From Pirellulales bacterium (GTDB taxonomy: Bacteria; Planctomycetota; Planctomycetia; Pirellulales; PNKZ01), in NCBI GenBank assembly GCA_036268995.1, contig DATATB010000090.1:3899-67898 (forward strand): a stretch of 64,000 bases of DNA, written 5' to 3'. A model generated the notes under the pieces. The model made no database searches. It was not told the origin of the DNA and worked only from the letters and a program-made list of their open reading frames with translations. A program made the translations under genes and the position numbers. Each line of letters begins with the position of its first letter. Within the stretch, counting starts at the first letter, position 1. Below, piece after piece: positions 48,607-57,644 of this stretch.

Positions 48607-48658
48607 TTGTCAGTTGTCAGTTGTCAGTTGCCACGGACCACGGACCACGGACGACGGA
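48607..48658. repeat. two abutting heptamer microsatellites (TTGTCAG)x3 and (CCACGGA)x3 + CGACGGA
   Basis: Read directly from the sequence. Lies in the 59-bp spacer between the two prenyltransferase-like paralogs. Confidence 0.9.
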
Positions 48659-48661
48659 CTA

Positions 48662-50215
48662 TTAAAACGTTTCGCCGGTGGTGTGCTTTTTGTAGAGGGG
48701 AAGATGACGGTAATAGACTTCGAGGATCATCGTGCACAAGGCCGTGCAATACAGCCGGCCGCCGACGTCGTTGGCCGCTTCGGCCATGTACCAACTGCCG
48801 GTCTCGTGCCCACGCCGGGCTTGCGTTTCGACCAGGCGGTCGCGGAGCTTGGCGTTCCACCGCTGCCAGGCATCGCCCTCATAATGCCGCAAAACTTGCG
48901 TGGCGTAATAGTCGTAATATAAATCGGTGTTTGACGGCCCCCAGCGGTCCAACAGCGCCACGCCGTGGGCCAGCGCGTCGTCGTCGCGTTTCCAGCCGAG
49001 CAGCATGCGCGAGAGCAGGCCGATGGCGGTGGTGGCGTGATCGGCCTCGCCGCGGTCCTGGCCGACGGTGTAGCCGTACTGGGCTCCGGCGTCGCGCTGG
49101 ACGCTGTTGAGAAAATGCGCGGCGCCTTCGATCGTGCGCTGCGGGACGTTCAGATAACCGAGCCGTCCACTTTTGAGGGCCATCAACTGCCAGCCAAAGA
49201 CCGACGTGTCGCCGGCCATGCCCGGCGAATAGCGCCAGCCGCCGCCTTGCGGATCCTGGGCCGCCGTGATGAAGTTCAGCGCCGCCTGGGCCGGGCCACC
49301 CAATTGCCGGTCCTTGGTCATGGCGTAAGCTTCGCACAAGGCGATCGTCGCCAGGCCGTGCGAGTACATCATTCCGCCGGCTTGCAAGTCGCCGCCGTCG
49401 GCCGTCGGCCGCATGTTGTGGCCCAGAAAGGCCAGCCCGCCTTGCACGGCCTTCTTGTATTTGCCTTGCTTGTGCGTGTGGCCGGCACCTAGCAGCGGCA
49501 GCAGCGCCAGCGACGTGGCTGCCACGCGGGCTTGCACCAGCGTGCCGGGGTGGTCGCAGTGCCCCTTGCAGGCTTTCTGGCGATGATCGAACGACCAGCC
49601 GCCGTCGGAAAATTGATGCTGCACGATCCACTCCAATGCGCGATCGACGGCCGACTCGCTGGCATCGGTCGCGCCGCCGGCGCTGATTGCGTGCCGCCGG
49701 CTGGTGGCGCTGCGCGCGAGGGCCAGTCCGCTCGAGTCGGCGCCCGCGACTTTGGCCAACAGATCGGGCCCGTCGGTGGCTCCGAGAGTCCACTGCGGCA
49801 CGGCGTGCAGCAACCGAATGGTTTCCCACGGGCGCTTGCCGAGCGGGGTGATATCGACGCGCATCGCGGCGGCGGCGCTCGCTTGCGGCCGTTCGAGCTG
49901 CGCTTGCTGAGCCGTTTCGGCCGCCAACTCGGGCGCAAAATCGACGGATTCCACCGCCGGCTCGCGCTCGACCGTGCTCGCCTCCAAGACGACCGGCACG
50001 CTCGCAGGCCGCGGGGGAACGAGCCACCACCATTGGCAGGCGATCATCAGCATGGCATGCACGAGGCTGCTGATCGTGGCCGCCCAAAACGCGCGGCTGG
50101 CCGGTCGCATGCTTCGGGCCTCGCCACGGGCTTTTGACGTGGCGGCCTCGCGCTCGTCGGCCGTAGGCAAACGACGAGCGGTAGCGAGCAGCGGATTGCC
50201 CGACAACGAAGCCAT
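48662..50215 (-). CDS. prenyltransferase/squalene-oxidase repeat protein (tandem paralog)
   Basis: 'DRALEWIVQHQFSDGGW' and 'DPQGGGWRYSPGMAGDTSVFGWQLMALKS'. ATG at 50215 ('MASLSGNP') parallels the paralog's 'MSTSLPNP'. The track TTG is at 50299. Confidence 0.75.
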   Translation of the reverse strand: MASLSGNPLLATARRLPTADEREAATSKARGEARSMRPASRAFWAATISSLVHAMLMIACQWWWLVPPRPASVPVVLEASTVEREPAVESVDFAPELAAETAQQAQLERPQASAAAAMRVDITPLGKRPWETIRLLHAVPQWTLGATDGPDLLAKVAGADSSGLALARSATSRRHAISAGGATDASESAVDRALEWIVQHQFSDGGWSFDHRQKACKGHCDHPGTLVQARVAATSLALLPLLGAGHTHKQGKYKKAVQGGLAFLGHNMRPTADGGDLQAGGMMYSHGLATIALCEAYAMTKDRQLGGPAQAALNFITAAQDPQGGGWRYSPGMAGDTSVFGWQLMALKSGRLGYLNVPQRTIEGAAHFLNSVQRDAGAQYGYTVGQDRGEADHATTAIGLLSRMLLGWKRDDDALAHGVALLDRWGPSNTDLYYDYYATQVLRHYEGDAWQRWNAKLRDRLVETQARRGHETGSWYMAEAANDVGGRLYCTALCTMILEVYYRHLPLYKKHTTGETF

Positions 50216-50428
50216 TGAAATGAAACCGATGGGGTCGGCCGGCGCGGTGAGCGCCGGCAGGCGGCATGCCGGGACCGTGCCGGCAAAGAAGTGGATCAAC
50301 TTCTATTGTAACTTGCGGGGGCCGTGCATCTTGCGCGGCTTTTCGCCGCAAGGGAATCGAGGCCGGCAGAAGACCGAGCCCGCCCGCTGCCGGAATTAGC
50401 GGTTGTAGCGGTCGGATGGGGGCGTGTT

Positions 50429-52306
50429 CTACGGCTGCTGGTGATGATCGCCCTGGCGGGCCCGGGGAATGGCGTATTCTTCCATCTTGCGATAGAGCGT
50501 GGCCCGGCCGATGCCCAGCAGCCGGGCAGCTTCGGGAATGTTGGCCCGCGTGCGTTTGAGGGCTTCGCCGATGAGCTTTCGCTCCCAATCGTCGATTTTC
50601 AGCGTCAGCAGGTCGCCCGAGCCGCTTTCGCGCAGCCCCAGGTCGGCGGCCTCGATGCGCTCGCCCGCCGCCAGGACCACGGCGCTATCGATCACGTTGC
50701 GAAGCTGGCGCACGTTGCCGGGCCAGGGATACGTCAGCAGCCGAGCGCGGGCCTCGGTCGACAGGGTCAGGCCTGGCCGGGCGTGCAGCCGCGAGAAATG
50801 CGCGAGGAAGTAATCGGCGAGCAAGCCGATATCGCCGGCCCGCTCGCGCAGCGGCGGGGCCACGAGTTCGAACACGTTCAACCGATAGTACAGATCCTCG
50901 CGAAACTTCTTTTCGCTCACGTAGCTGGCCAGGTCGCGATTAGTGGCAACGATCACGCGCACGTCGACGTTCACTTCCTGCGTACCGCCGACCGGCATGA
51001 ACGGATGCCCTTCGAGCACGCGCAGCAGCTTGGCCTGCGCGGCCAGGTTCATTTCGCCGATTTCGTCAAGAAACAGCGTGCCCAAATCGGCCTGCTGAAA
51101 CAGGCCGACGTGATCGCGGTCGGCGCTGGTGAACGCACCGGCCTTGTGGCCGAAGAGCTGGCTATCGACCAGCTCGCTGGGCATGGCGGCGCAGTTGACG
51201 GCCAGCAGCGGCCGGCCGCTGCGCGGGCTGGCGCGGTGCAGCGCGCGGGCGATCAGCTCCTTGCCGGTGCCGCTTTCGCCGCGCACCAGCACGCAGCCGC
51301 TGGTGCGCGCCAGGCGCGTGATCTTGGCCTTGAGATCGAGCATCGGCGAGCTTTCGCCCACCAGTTCGTCGAAGCCCGGCGAAGCGGCTTTGAGCCGCTC
51401 CAGATCGGTGGCCAGCGTCACCTCGTGCAAGGCGCGGCCCAGGGCCACGGCCGTGATGTTGGCCAGCGAAATGGCAAAGTCGAACTGCGGCTGCCGGAAG
51501 CGGCCATGATCGAGATACACGTGCACCGCCCCCAGCACCTTCTCGCCCTCGACCAGCGGCACGCACAGAGCATCGGCATAATGTTCCAGGGCTTGTCCGC
51601 CAGCGCCGCCGGCGGCCTGCTGGCTGGCAAACCACACGGCCCGCTTCTCGTTGCACACCAAGCGCGTGAGCGACTCGTTCAGCCGCACCGAATCGGCAGC
51701 AGCCTCGGGGATGATCAGCTTGGGCTGCAAGCGCCCCAGGTCGTCGATCCACAGGAAGCCCACGACCGAGGCCCGCGTCCGCATCCGCAACAGGTCCAAG
51801 GCCGGCGGCAGCAGCGCCTGCGGGTCGCTGGTGCCCAGCAGCTTGATGCACAGTTGATACAGCAGCAGCAGGTCGCGGGCATGTTCGGCGTCGTTCAGCG
51901 CGCTGACCGCAAAGTACCGGCTGTCCAGTTCGCCGACCCCGGCATCCTTGACCAGCGTTTGCGTGACGTTGGTTTCGCTGGCAGGGCCGGCCGGCGGCGG
52001 CACGGGGCTTTCGTGAAAGGCAAACTCGGTCGAGCCCACGCGCAGGTAGTGTCCGTCGGCCAGCGTAGCCTCGTCCGCCTTCTGGTCGTTGACGAACGTG
52101 CCGTTGCGGCTGCTGGCGTCGCGCACGCGCCAGCCGCCCGGCTGGTGCCAGACGACCGCGTGAACGCGCGAGCAGAGCGGATCGGTGAGCATCACCGAGC
52201 ACTCGGTGCCGCGACCGATGCGGTTGTCCACTTCGGGATCGAGCGAATAGTGATGGCCGGCCCGATGGCCGACAGTCATCGTCAGATAAGCATACAACGG
52301 CTGCAT
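50429..52306 (-). CDS. sigma-54-dependent Fis-family activator with N-terminal FHA and GAF-like domains
   Basis: FHA 'IGRGTECSVMLTDPLCSRVHAVV....RDASSRNGTFVN'. AAA+ 'GESGTGKELIARALH', 'GAFTSA' (GAFTGA variant) and 'LFLDEIGE'. C-terminal HTH 'AARLLGIGRATLYRKM'. ATG at 52306. Confidence 0.85.
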   Translation of the reverse strand: MQPLYAYLTMTVGHRAGHHYSLDPEVDNRIGRGTECSVMLTDPLCSRVHAVVWHQPGGWRVRDASSRNGTFVNDQKADEATLADGHYLRVGSTEFAFHESPVPPPAGPASETNVTQTLVKDAGVGELDSRYFAVSALNDAEHARDLLLLYQLCIKLLGTSDPQALLPPALDLLRMRTRASVVGFLWIDDLGRLQPKLIIPEAAADSVRLNESLTRLVCNEKRAVWFASQQAAGGAGGQALEHYADALCVPLVEGEKVLGAVHVYLDHGRFRQPQFDFAISLANITAVALGRALHEVTLATDLERLKAASPGFDELVGESSPMLDLKAKITRLARTSGCVLVRGESGTGKELIARALHRASPRSGRPLLAVNCAAMPSELVDSQLFGHKAGAFTSADRDHVGLFQQADLGTLFLDEIGEMNLAAQAKLLRVLEGHPFMPVGGTQEVNVDVRVIVATNRDLASYVSEKKFREDLYYRLNVFELVAPPLRERAGDIGLLADYFLAHFSRLHARPGLTLSTEARARLLTYPWPGNVRQLRNVIDSAVVLAAGERIEAADLGLRESGSGDLLTLKIDDWERKLIGEALKRTRANIPEAARLLGIGRATLYRKMEEYAIPRARQGDHHQQP

Positions 52307-52516
52307 CGAGTGCGCTCGCTCTTCTTGCCGCCGATCGGTGCCACGTCGGCTCAACGCTGAGTATAGTTTGGCCGGCGAAGCGAAAACATCCGTCGATCGC
52401 AGCGCCGCGAGCGAATTATTTCTCGACCGCCGGCAGTTCGACGCAGACGAACTCCTGGTCGTCGCGCGCCAACACCCAGCGACCGAAAAAAGCCCGGATG
52501 CGCGCTGCGGATCGCC

Positions 52517-53494
52517 TCACTTGGAGCGGCTGCCGGTCGCGCCTTCGGCAGGGGGCGGGCCGAACGTGCCGCTGATGTCGACCCGAATCTTGCCGACGTT
52601 GTCGGCGGTGTCTGAATCGTACATCCGCAGATACAGGCGGCCGGAAATCTTGGCGAACAAGTCCGCCTGGTGGCCGATAAAGAAGGGCTTCGGCTTCTTC
52701 TTCTCCGCTTCCTCCTCTTCCTTGGTCTTCGCGGATTCATCTTTCGTGGCGTCGCTGGCAGAATCGCCCTCGGGCTTTTCAGCCTGGCCATTATCGGCCT
52801 GCGCGTTCTCTCCCTGGGCTTGCTCGGCCGGCTTATCGCCGGAGTTTTCAGCGGACGCGGAATCGGACGATTCGGCCGGTGCCTCGATATTCGCGCTGGG
52901 CCTCTCGCCGGGGGGAATGATGATGCCGATCAGCGACCCCAGGTTGAACTGCCGCAACTCTTTGGGGATTTCGATCCCCTCACCGCCCACCGGATAGTGC
53001 ATGTTCAGCTTCCAGTGGCCGTCGGCCCGGATCATCACCGGCTTGCCTTCGATCACGTCCACGCCCGAGTCCTGCCAGCCCTTGTTGGCCATGACTTCGA
53101 CCACGACGCGTTTGGCCGTGGCTTGCTTGCCGATGATCTTGGCCAGGCCCGCCTGGGCCGGTCCGTAGTTGGGTACCAGCCGCAGGATCTCGTGATAGCA
53201 AGTGATGGCCTTGTCGAGATCCTTTTTGCGCTCATATTCCAGCGCCAACTTCATGGCCCCGCGAATAAAGGCCTGGTGAATCTCGAGCAGCCGCTGGTCG
53301 TCGGGCAGCTTGGATTTGTTGGCATTGGGATCGGTCTGGCCATTGCCGGCCTGCGTGCCCTGGCCGTTTTGGTTGTTGCCGCCCTGAGTGTTGTTGTTAT
53401 TGTTATTGCCACGCCGGCGTTGAGCCTCGGCCACGGAGGTCATCGCGGCGATCAGGGACAGGGCTACGAGGCACCCGAAAAGCGATCGAACCAC
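52517..53494 (-). CDS. secreted protein: TPR-like helix pair + PA-IL/LecA-like beta-sandwich split by an acidic low-complexity insert
   Basis: Probable GTG at 53494 after AAGGG (the track TTG is at 53545). Signal peptide '..LVALSLIAAMTSVAEA'. 'GWQDSGVDVIEGKPVMIRADGHWKL' ... 'GRLYLRMYDSDTADNVGKIRVDI' resembles the LecA family (weak, from memory). Confidence 0.5.
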   Translation of the reverse strand: MVRSLFGCLVALSLIAAMTSVAEAQRRRGNNNNNNTQGGNNQNGQGTQAGNGQTDPNANKSKLPDDQRLLEIHQAFIRGAMKLALEYERKKDLDKAITCYHEILRLVPNYGPAQAGLAKIIGKQATAKRVVVEVMANKGWQDSGVDVIEGKPVMIRADGHWKLNMHYPVGGEGIEIPKELRQFNLGSLIGIIIPPGERPSANIEAPAESSDSASAENSGDKPAEQAQGENAQADNGQAEKPEGDSASDATKDESAKTKEEEEAEKKKPKPFFIGHQADLFAKISGRLYLRMYDSDTADNVGKIRVDISGTFGPPPAEGATGSRSK

Positions 53495-53614
53495 GGCGAT
53501 TGCCCTTATGAAAGCTTGTTTGCAGTGCAGCAGAAAAGGCCGCAAAGCCAGCGTGCCTATTTGAATCTACCTTGCGGCTCGAAGCAAGAAATCCGCCCTC
53601 GGACTTCTGCTTTA

Positions 53615-54880
53615 TTACGGTTGCAGGTTCGGGACGCGGGCCAGTTGGCCGTAACGCTGCGTGAGCTCGACGAAGCCAAAGCCGAAGGCCTCGCGCAGGG
53701 CATCTTCCGAACCAAGCCCCTCTTTGACCCCATCAATCAACTGGCGGTATTTCTCGGGGTCAATCCGGACCAGGATTTCGACCATACTCGAGGCCACTCC
53801 ATATTGCCACGTCTCGAGCTTAGCTTTGTCGGCAAAAAAGTCAGCCCCCAGCGTGCCGCTGCGACGGATCTCGGCGACCGCGGCCAGTTGCCGGAGCTGG
53901 ACTTGATCGTCGAGCTTGCCGACCACCGTGCCGGCCACCCAGTCGGCGACGCCTTCGTTGATCCAAGGCGGAAGCGTAACATTCGACTTGTAGCGATGGG
54001 TAAAGCCGTGCGACGTTTCATGCACGAGGATCGTGGCGAACAGGCCGGCACTGTCGCCCTTGAAGCAGGACATGACCACGTGCCCATTGTCAAACCAATG
54101 GCAATAGCCCAGGTTCCTGTCCGCCGCTGGATTCTGCATCACCTCGTGCTCGAACCTGAGGTAGTCCGCCTGGCGGGCAAAAGCCAGCACCGGACATTTA
54201 CCGCGCCAGATGTTCTTGCCTTCGGGAAAATCGAAGGCCTTGGCCAGTCCGGTATACATCGCGTCGAGTTGCTGGATGTAAATCCCGACCGAAGCCAACG
54301 GCATATCGGTGTAGAACAGGTAATACCGCGTCTCCAGTAACTGCAACGGCACAGCGATCTTTTGCGACGATTGTTCGACAATGGCCTTAATCTCGGCCAC
54401 GTATTTTTGCTGCTCGCTCTCGGGAAGCGGCTGCCAGTATTGTGCCCCCTTGGCCTGCATTCGCTCGCGAATCCTGGCCTCGCGCTGGATCCGTGCCGTA
54501 CGTTTTTCGGCACTGCAGGCCAATTCGCGGGTCTTCTTGTTGTAGGCCACATCCAGCGGCACGCCCGAACGCACAATTTCGTCCACCATCTGTGCCGATA
54601 GCGTCTGCTGTCGCGGCGACGTGCTCGGCTTGATAGTGAGCGAACGGACCGAGCCCGGCGACTTACCGGCTACCAGCTTGACCACGATCACGTCGCCCAG
54701 GCTCGTGCCATTGGTGAGCCGGAGGTCGATCAACTGATTGAGCAGTTGCTGAAGATCTGTAGATCCGGTCTCGGACGAGGCCTGGTCGGCATCGGCCGCC
54801 AGCCCGCGCCTAGGGTCAGCGGCGACGAGTGCGCAGGCTGCCGCCAAACAAAACATCAGCGGTTTGCCCGGTAGCCGCAT
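53615..54880 (-). CDS. putative secreted zinc metallopeptidase (HExxH; DUF1570-like)
   Basis: Signal peptide. 'ILVHETSHGF' (HExxH) and 'WINEGVADW'. Tandem paralog of the next gene, with the same C-terminus 'FGFGFVELTQRYGQLARVPNLQP'. Confidence 0.7.
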   Translation of the reverse strand: MRLPGKPLMFCLAAACALVAADPRRGLAADADQASSETGSTDLQQLLNQLIDLRLTNGTSLGDVIVVKLVAGKSPGSVRSLTIKPSTSPRQQTLSAQMVDEIVRSGVPLDVAYNKKTRELACSAEKRTARIQREARIRERMQAKGAQYWQPLPESEQQKYVAEIKAIVEQSSQKIAVPLQLLETRYYLFYTDMPLASVGIYIQQLDAMYTGLAKAFDFPEGKNIWRGKCPVLAFARQADYLRFEHEVMQNPAADRNLGYCHWFDNGHVVMSCFKGDSAGLFATILVHETSHGFTHRYKSNVTLPPWINEGVADWVAGTVVGKLDDQVQLRQLAAVAEIRRSGTLGADFFADKAKLETWQYGVASSMVEILVRIDPEKYRQLIDGVKEGLGSEDALREAFGFGFVELTQRYGQLARVPNLQP

Positions 54881-54918
54881 GTTGCAGGCATCCTCGAAGG
54901 CGGCGACGACGATCGCGG

Positions 54919-56193
54919 TTACGGTTGCAGGTTTGGCACCCGCGCCAGTTGGCCGTAGCGCTGCGTGAGCTCGACAAAACCGAAGCCAAAGGCGTCGCGC
55001 AGGGCCTCTTCCGAGCTAAGCCCTTCTTTGACATTGTCGATCAGCAGCCGGTATTTCTTGGGATCGATCCGCAGCAGCAACTCGACCATGCTCGAGGCCA
55101 CGCCGTATTGCCACCCGTCGAGCCGGGCATTGTCGCTGAAAAAATCGCCGCCCAGCGACCCGCTAATGCGGATTTTGCCAACCGCTTCCATTTGCCGCAC
55201 CTGGACCTCGTCATCCAGTTTGCCCACGACGGTTCCGGCCACCCAGTCGGCGACGCCTTCGTTGATCCAGGGGGGGATGTGGACTGTCGACTTGTAGCGG
55301 TGGATGAAACCATGCGACGTTTCGTGCACCAGCACCACGGCAAAGAACGTGTCGGTGTCCCCCTTGAAGCACGACATGACCACGCGGCCGTTGGAATACG
55401 AGTGGCACAGGCCCTGCGCTCCCTTGACGTCAGCCTCCATGACCTCCCGCTCGAACTTCAGGAACGACTTTTCCTGGGCAAAGGCCATGACCGGGCATTT
55501 GCCCCGCCAGATGTTCTTTCCCTCGGGAAAGTCGAAGGCCTTGGTCATTTCGCGATACATCGAGTCGAGGTACTGCACGTAGATGCCGACGGTGTCCAGC
55601 GGCATGTCGGTATAGAACAGGTAATACTGCGTCTCGATCAGTTGCATCGGGACGTTGATCTTTTTCGACGCTTTTTCGGCAAAGGCCTTTTCCTCGTCGA
55701 CATATTTCTGGATGTCGGCTTCGGAGATTTCTTCCCAGAAACGGGCCCGCTTGGCACGCAACTGCTCTTTGACCTTGGCATCGTGCGCCAACCGGGCTTC
55801 GTGCTTCTCGGCACTATAGGCCAGCTCGCGCGTTTTCTTGGCGTAGGCCACGTCCAGCGGCACGCCCGACTGGATGATCTCCTGAACCATCTGCGCCGCC
55901 ACCGTTTGCTGCCGCGGCGAATTGGCCAACTTGAACGTCAGCGAACGGATGGCCCCGGCGGCCGTGCCGGGCATGACCTTGACCACGGTCACTCCGCCGT
56001 AGGTCTTGCCGTTGTTCAGCTTGACGTCGACGCGCTTATCGACGAGCTCGCGCAGGTTCGGGCCGCCCGTCGTGGTGCTCGCGCTGCTGAACTTGGCTGG
56101 GGATTGGGCCCGGCACGCATGGCCCGGCAAAATGGCCGCCGGCAGAAATCCCGACAGCAAAAACGACAAGAGAACCGCGAAGTGCGGGCGCAT
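54919..56193 (-). CDS. putative secreted zinc metallopeptidase (HExxH; DUF1570-like), tandem paralog
   Basis: 'VLVHETSHGF' and 'WINEGVADWVAGTVVGKLDD'. By eye, about 80% nt identity to the paralog over the 3' third. Confidence 0.7.
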   Translation of the reverse strand: MRPHFAVLLSFLLSGFLPAAILPGHACRAQSPAKFSSASTTTGGPNLRELVDKRVDVKLNNGKTYGGVTVVKVMPGTAAGAIRSLTFKLANSPRQQTVAAQMVQEIIQSGVPLDVAYAKKTRELAYSAEKHEARLAHDAKVKEQLRAKRARFWEEISEADIQKYVDEEKAFAEKASKKINVPMQLIETQYYLFYTDMPLDTVGIYVQYLDSMYREMTKAFDFPEGKNIWRGKCPVMAFAQEKSFLKFEREVMEADVKGAQGLCHSYSNGRVVMSCFKGDTDTFFAVVLVHETSHGFIHRYKSTVHIPPWINEGVADWVAGTVVGKLDDEVQVRQMEAVGKIRISGSLGGDFFSDNARLDGWQYGVASSMVELLLRIDPKKYRLLIDNVKEGLSSEEALRDAFGFGFVELTQRYGQLARVPNLQP

Positions 56194-56532
56194 GATGATC
56201 CACCTGGTGTGCGAGCCGCCGAAACGAGGGGGGGCGGACCATCATCGTCGCCGCTTTTTACCAGCCGGTCAAGCAGTTTCGACAGCCGGTGAACAGTCGC
56301 TTTTTGTGGGCCATTTTTGCGGTAAGTCGGCGCTAGTTGGGCTCGATACTTTCGGCGAGCCGGCCCGCATGCGCCGGGAGTCCGTTATCCGCTTGTCGGG
56401 CTTATGCTAGCAGTTGACTGGCCCGTCTGGCGGGCGCAAGCAAGCTCGCCTTTACCCGTGGGACGGCCGGCCGCTATAACCACTCGCCCGTCGGCCCAGT
56501 TCATCCCGCAGTCTGCAAAAGGAACCGCTGCC

Positions 56533-57618
56533 ATGAAACGAATCCTGCCTGCCGTTTGCGCGCTGTTGGCAGCCTGTGCGGCGACCCCGGCTTGGGCCCA
56601 GACCGGCCCCGAGGGCACGGTGCGCGACGCGGCCCAAGTGCTCTATGAAATCATGGCCATTCCAGCCCGTCGCATTCCCACGAACCTGTTGCGCAGCGCC
56701 GAGGCCGTGGCCATCGTGCCGGGCGTCGTCAAGATCGGCTTCATCGCCGGCATCCGCCGCGGGCACGGCGTGATCATCATGAAGGACGCCGAAGGCGAAT
56801 GGACCCTGCCGCAATTCATCACCCTCACCGGCGGCAGCGTGGGCTGGCAAGCCGGCGCGCAGGTGACGGACGTGATCCTGGTGTTTCGCACGCGCCGCAG
56901 CGCCGAAGGCCTGCTCTCCGGCAAGCTCACGCTGGGGGCCGACGCGGCCGTGGCCGCAGGGCCCATCGGCCGCGAAGCCGAAGCCGCCACCGATTTGCCG
57001 CTGCGGAGTGAAATCCTGAGCTATTCGCGCAGCCGCGGGCTGTTTCTCGGCGTGTCGTTGGACGGTTCGGTGATCGAGCCGGATGCGATGGCCCATGCCG
57101 TGTATTATGGTTCGCCCGTCATGCAGGTGCCGGCCGTGATTCCGCCTTCGGCCGTGACGCTGGTGCAATCGCTGGCGGCGATCGCCCCGGTGGTGCGCAC
57201 GGTGCCGACGCCGCCGGTCCCCGGCCAGCCCGCTGCGATTCCTCCAGCCGCCGCCGCGGCCGCGCCGCGGCTCGAAGTGCTGCGGCAAGCGCTGGCTACC
57301 GACTCGAAGCAACTCGATACGGTGCTGGACGATCAATGGCGGCAATTCTTGCGAATGCCGGCCGAAGTGAGTTCCGGCGGGACGCCGCCGCGGCTGGCCG
57401 ACATGCAAATGGCGCTAGCGAAGTTCGACCGCGTGGCCCAAACGGCCCAGTACCAGGCGCTGACCTCGCGCGCGGACTTCCAGGCGACGCACGAAGTGCT
57501 ACGCGAATACGTGCAAGCCATGCAGACCGCCACTGGGCCGACGTTGAGCCTGCCCGCCCCGCCCGCCGCTGCTGGCGGCGCGGCCTCGCCGGCAATCGTG
57601 CGGCAGCCGGTACGCTAA
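56533..57618 (+). CDS. SYLF (Ysc84/DUF500) lipid-binding domain protein, secreted
   Basis: ATG at 56533 after AAAGGAA. Signal 'LLAACAATPAWAQ'. 'AIVPGVVKIGFIAGIRRGHGVI', 'GGSVGWQAGAQ' and 'LTLGADAAVAAGPIGR'. Confidence 0.75.
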   Translation: MKRILPAVCALLAACAATPAWAQTGPEGTVRDAAQVLYEIMAIPARRIPTNLLRSAEAVAIVPGVVKIGFIAGIRRGHGVIIMKDAEGEWTLPQFITLTGGSVGWQAGAQVTDVILVFRTRRSAEGLLSGKLTLGADAAVAAGPIGREAEAATDLPLRSEILSYSRSRGLFLGVSLDGSVIEPDAMAHAVYYGSPVMQVPAVIPPSAVTLVQSLAAIAPVVRTVPTPPVPGQPAAIPPAAAAAAPRLEVLRQALATDSKQLDTVLDDQWRQFLRMPAEVSSGGTPPRLADMQMALAKFDRVAQTAQYQALTSRADFQATHEVLREYVQAMQTATGPTLSLPAPPAAAGGAASPAIVRQPVR

Positions 57619-57644
57619 ACCACGGACCTCGCCGGCTGGACGGA

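Noticed and set aside
53539-53558. Sigma-54-like promoter (minus strand AGGCACGCTGGCTTTGCGG) upstream of the LecA-like gene, near the FHA-sigma54 activator
   Set aside because: The GG-to-GC spacing is 12 nt instead of the strictly conserved 10 nt, and the -24 element is AGGCAC rather than TGGCAC. Too weak to call.
53615-56193. Gene conversion between the two HExxH paralogs, suggested by identical C-terminal peptides
   Set aside because: The nucleotide alignment of the 3' ends shows many synonymous differences (about 80% identity by eye). That is consistent with ordinary purifying selection on an old duplication rather than recent conversion.
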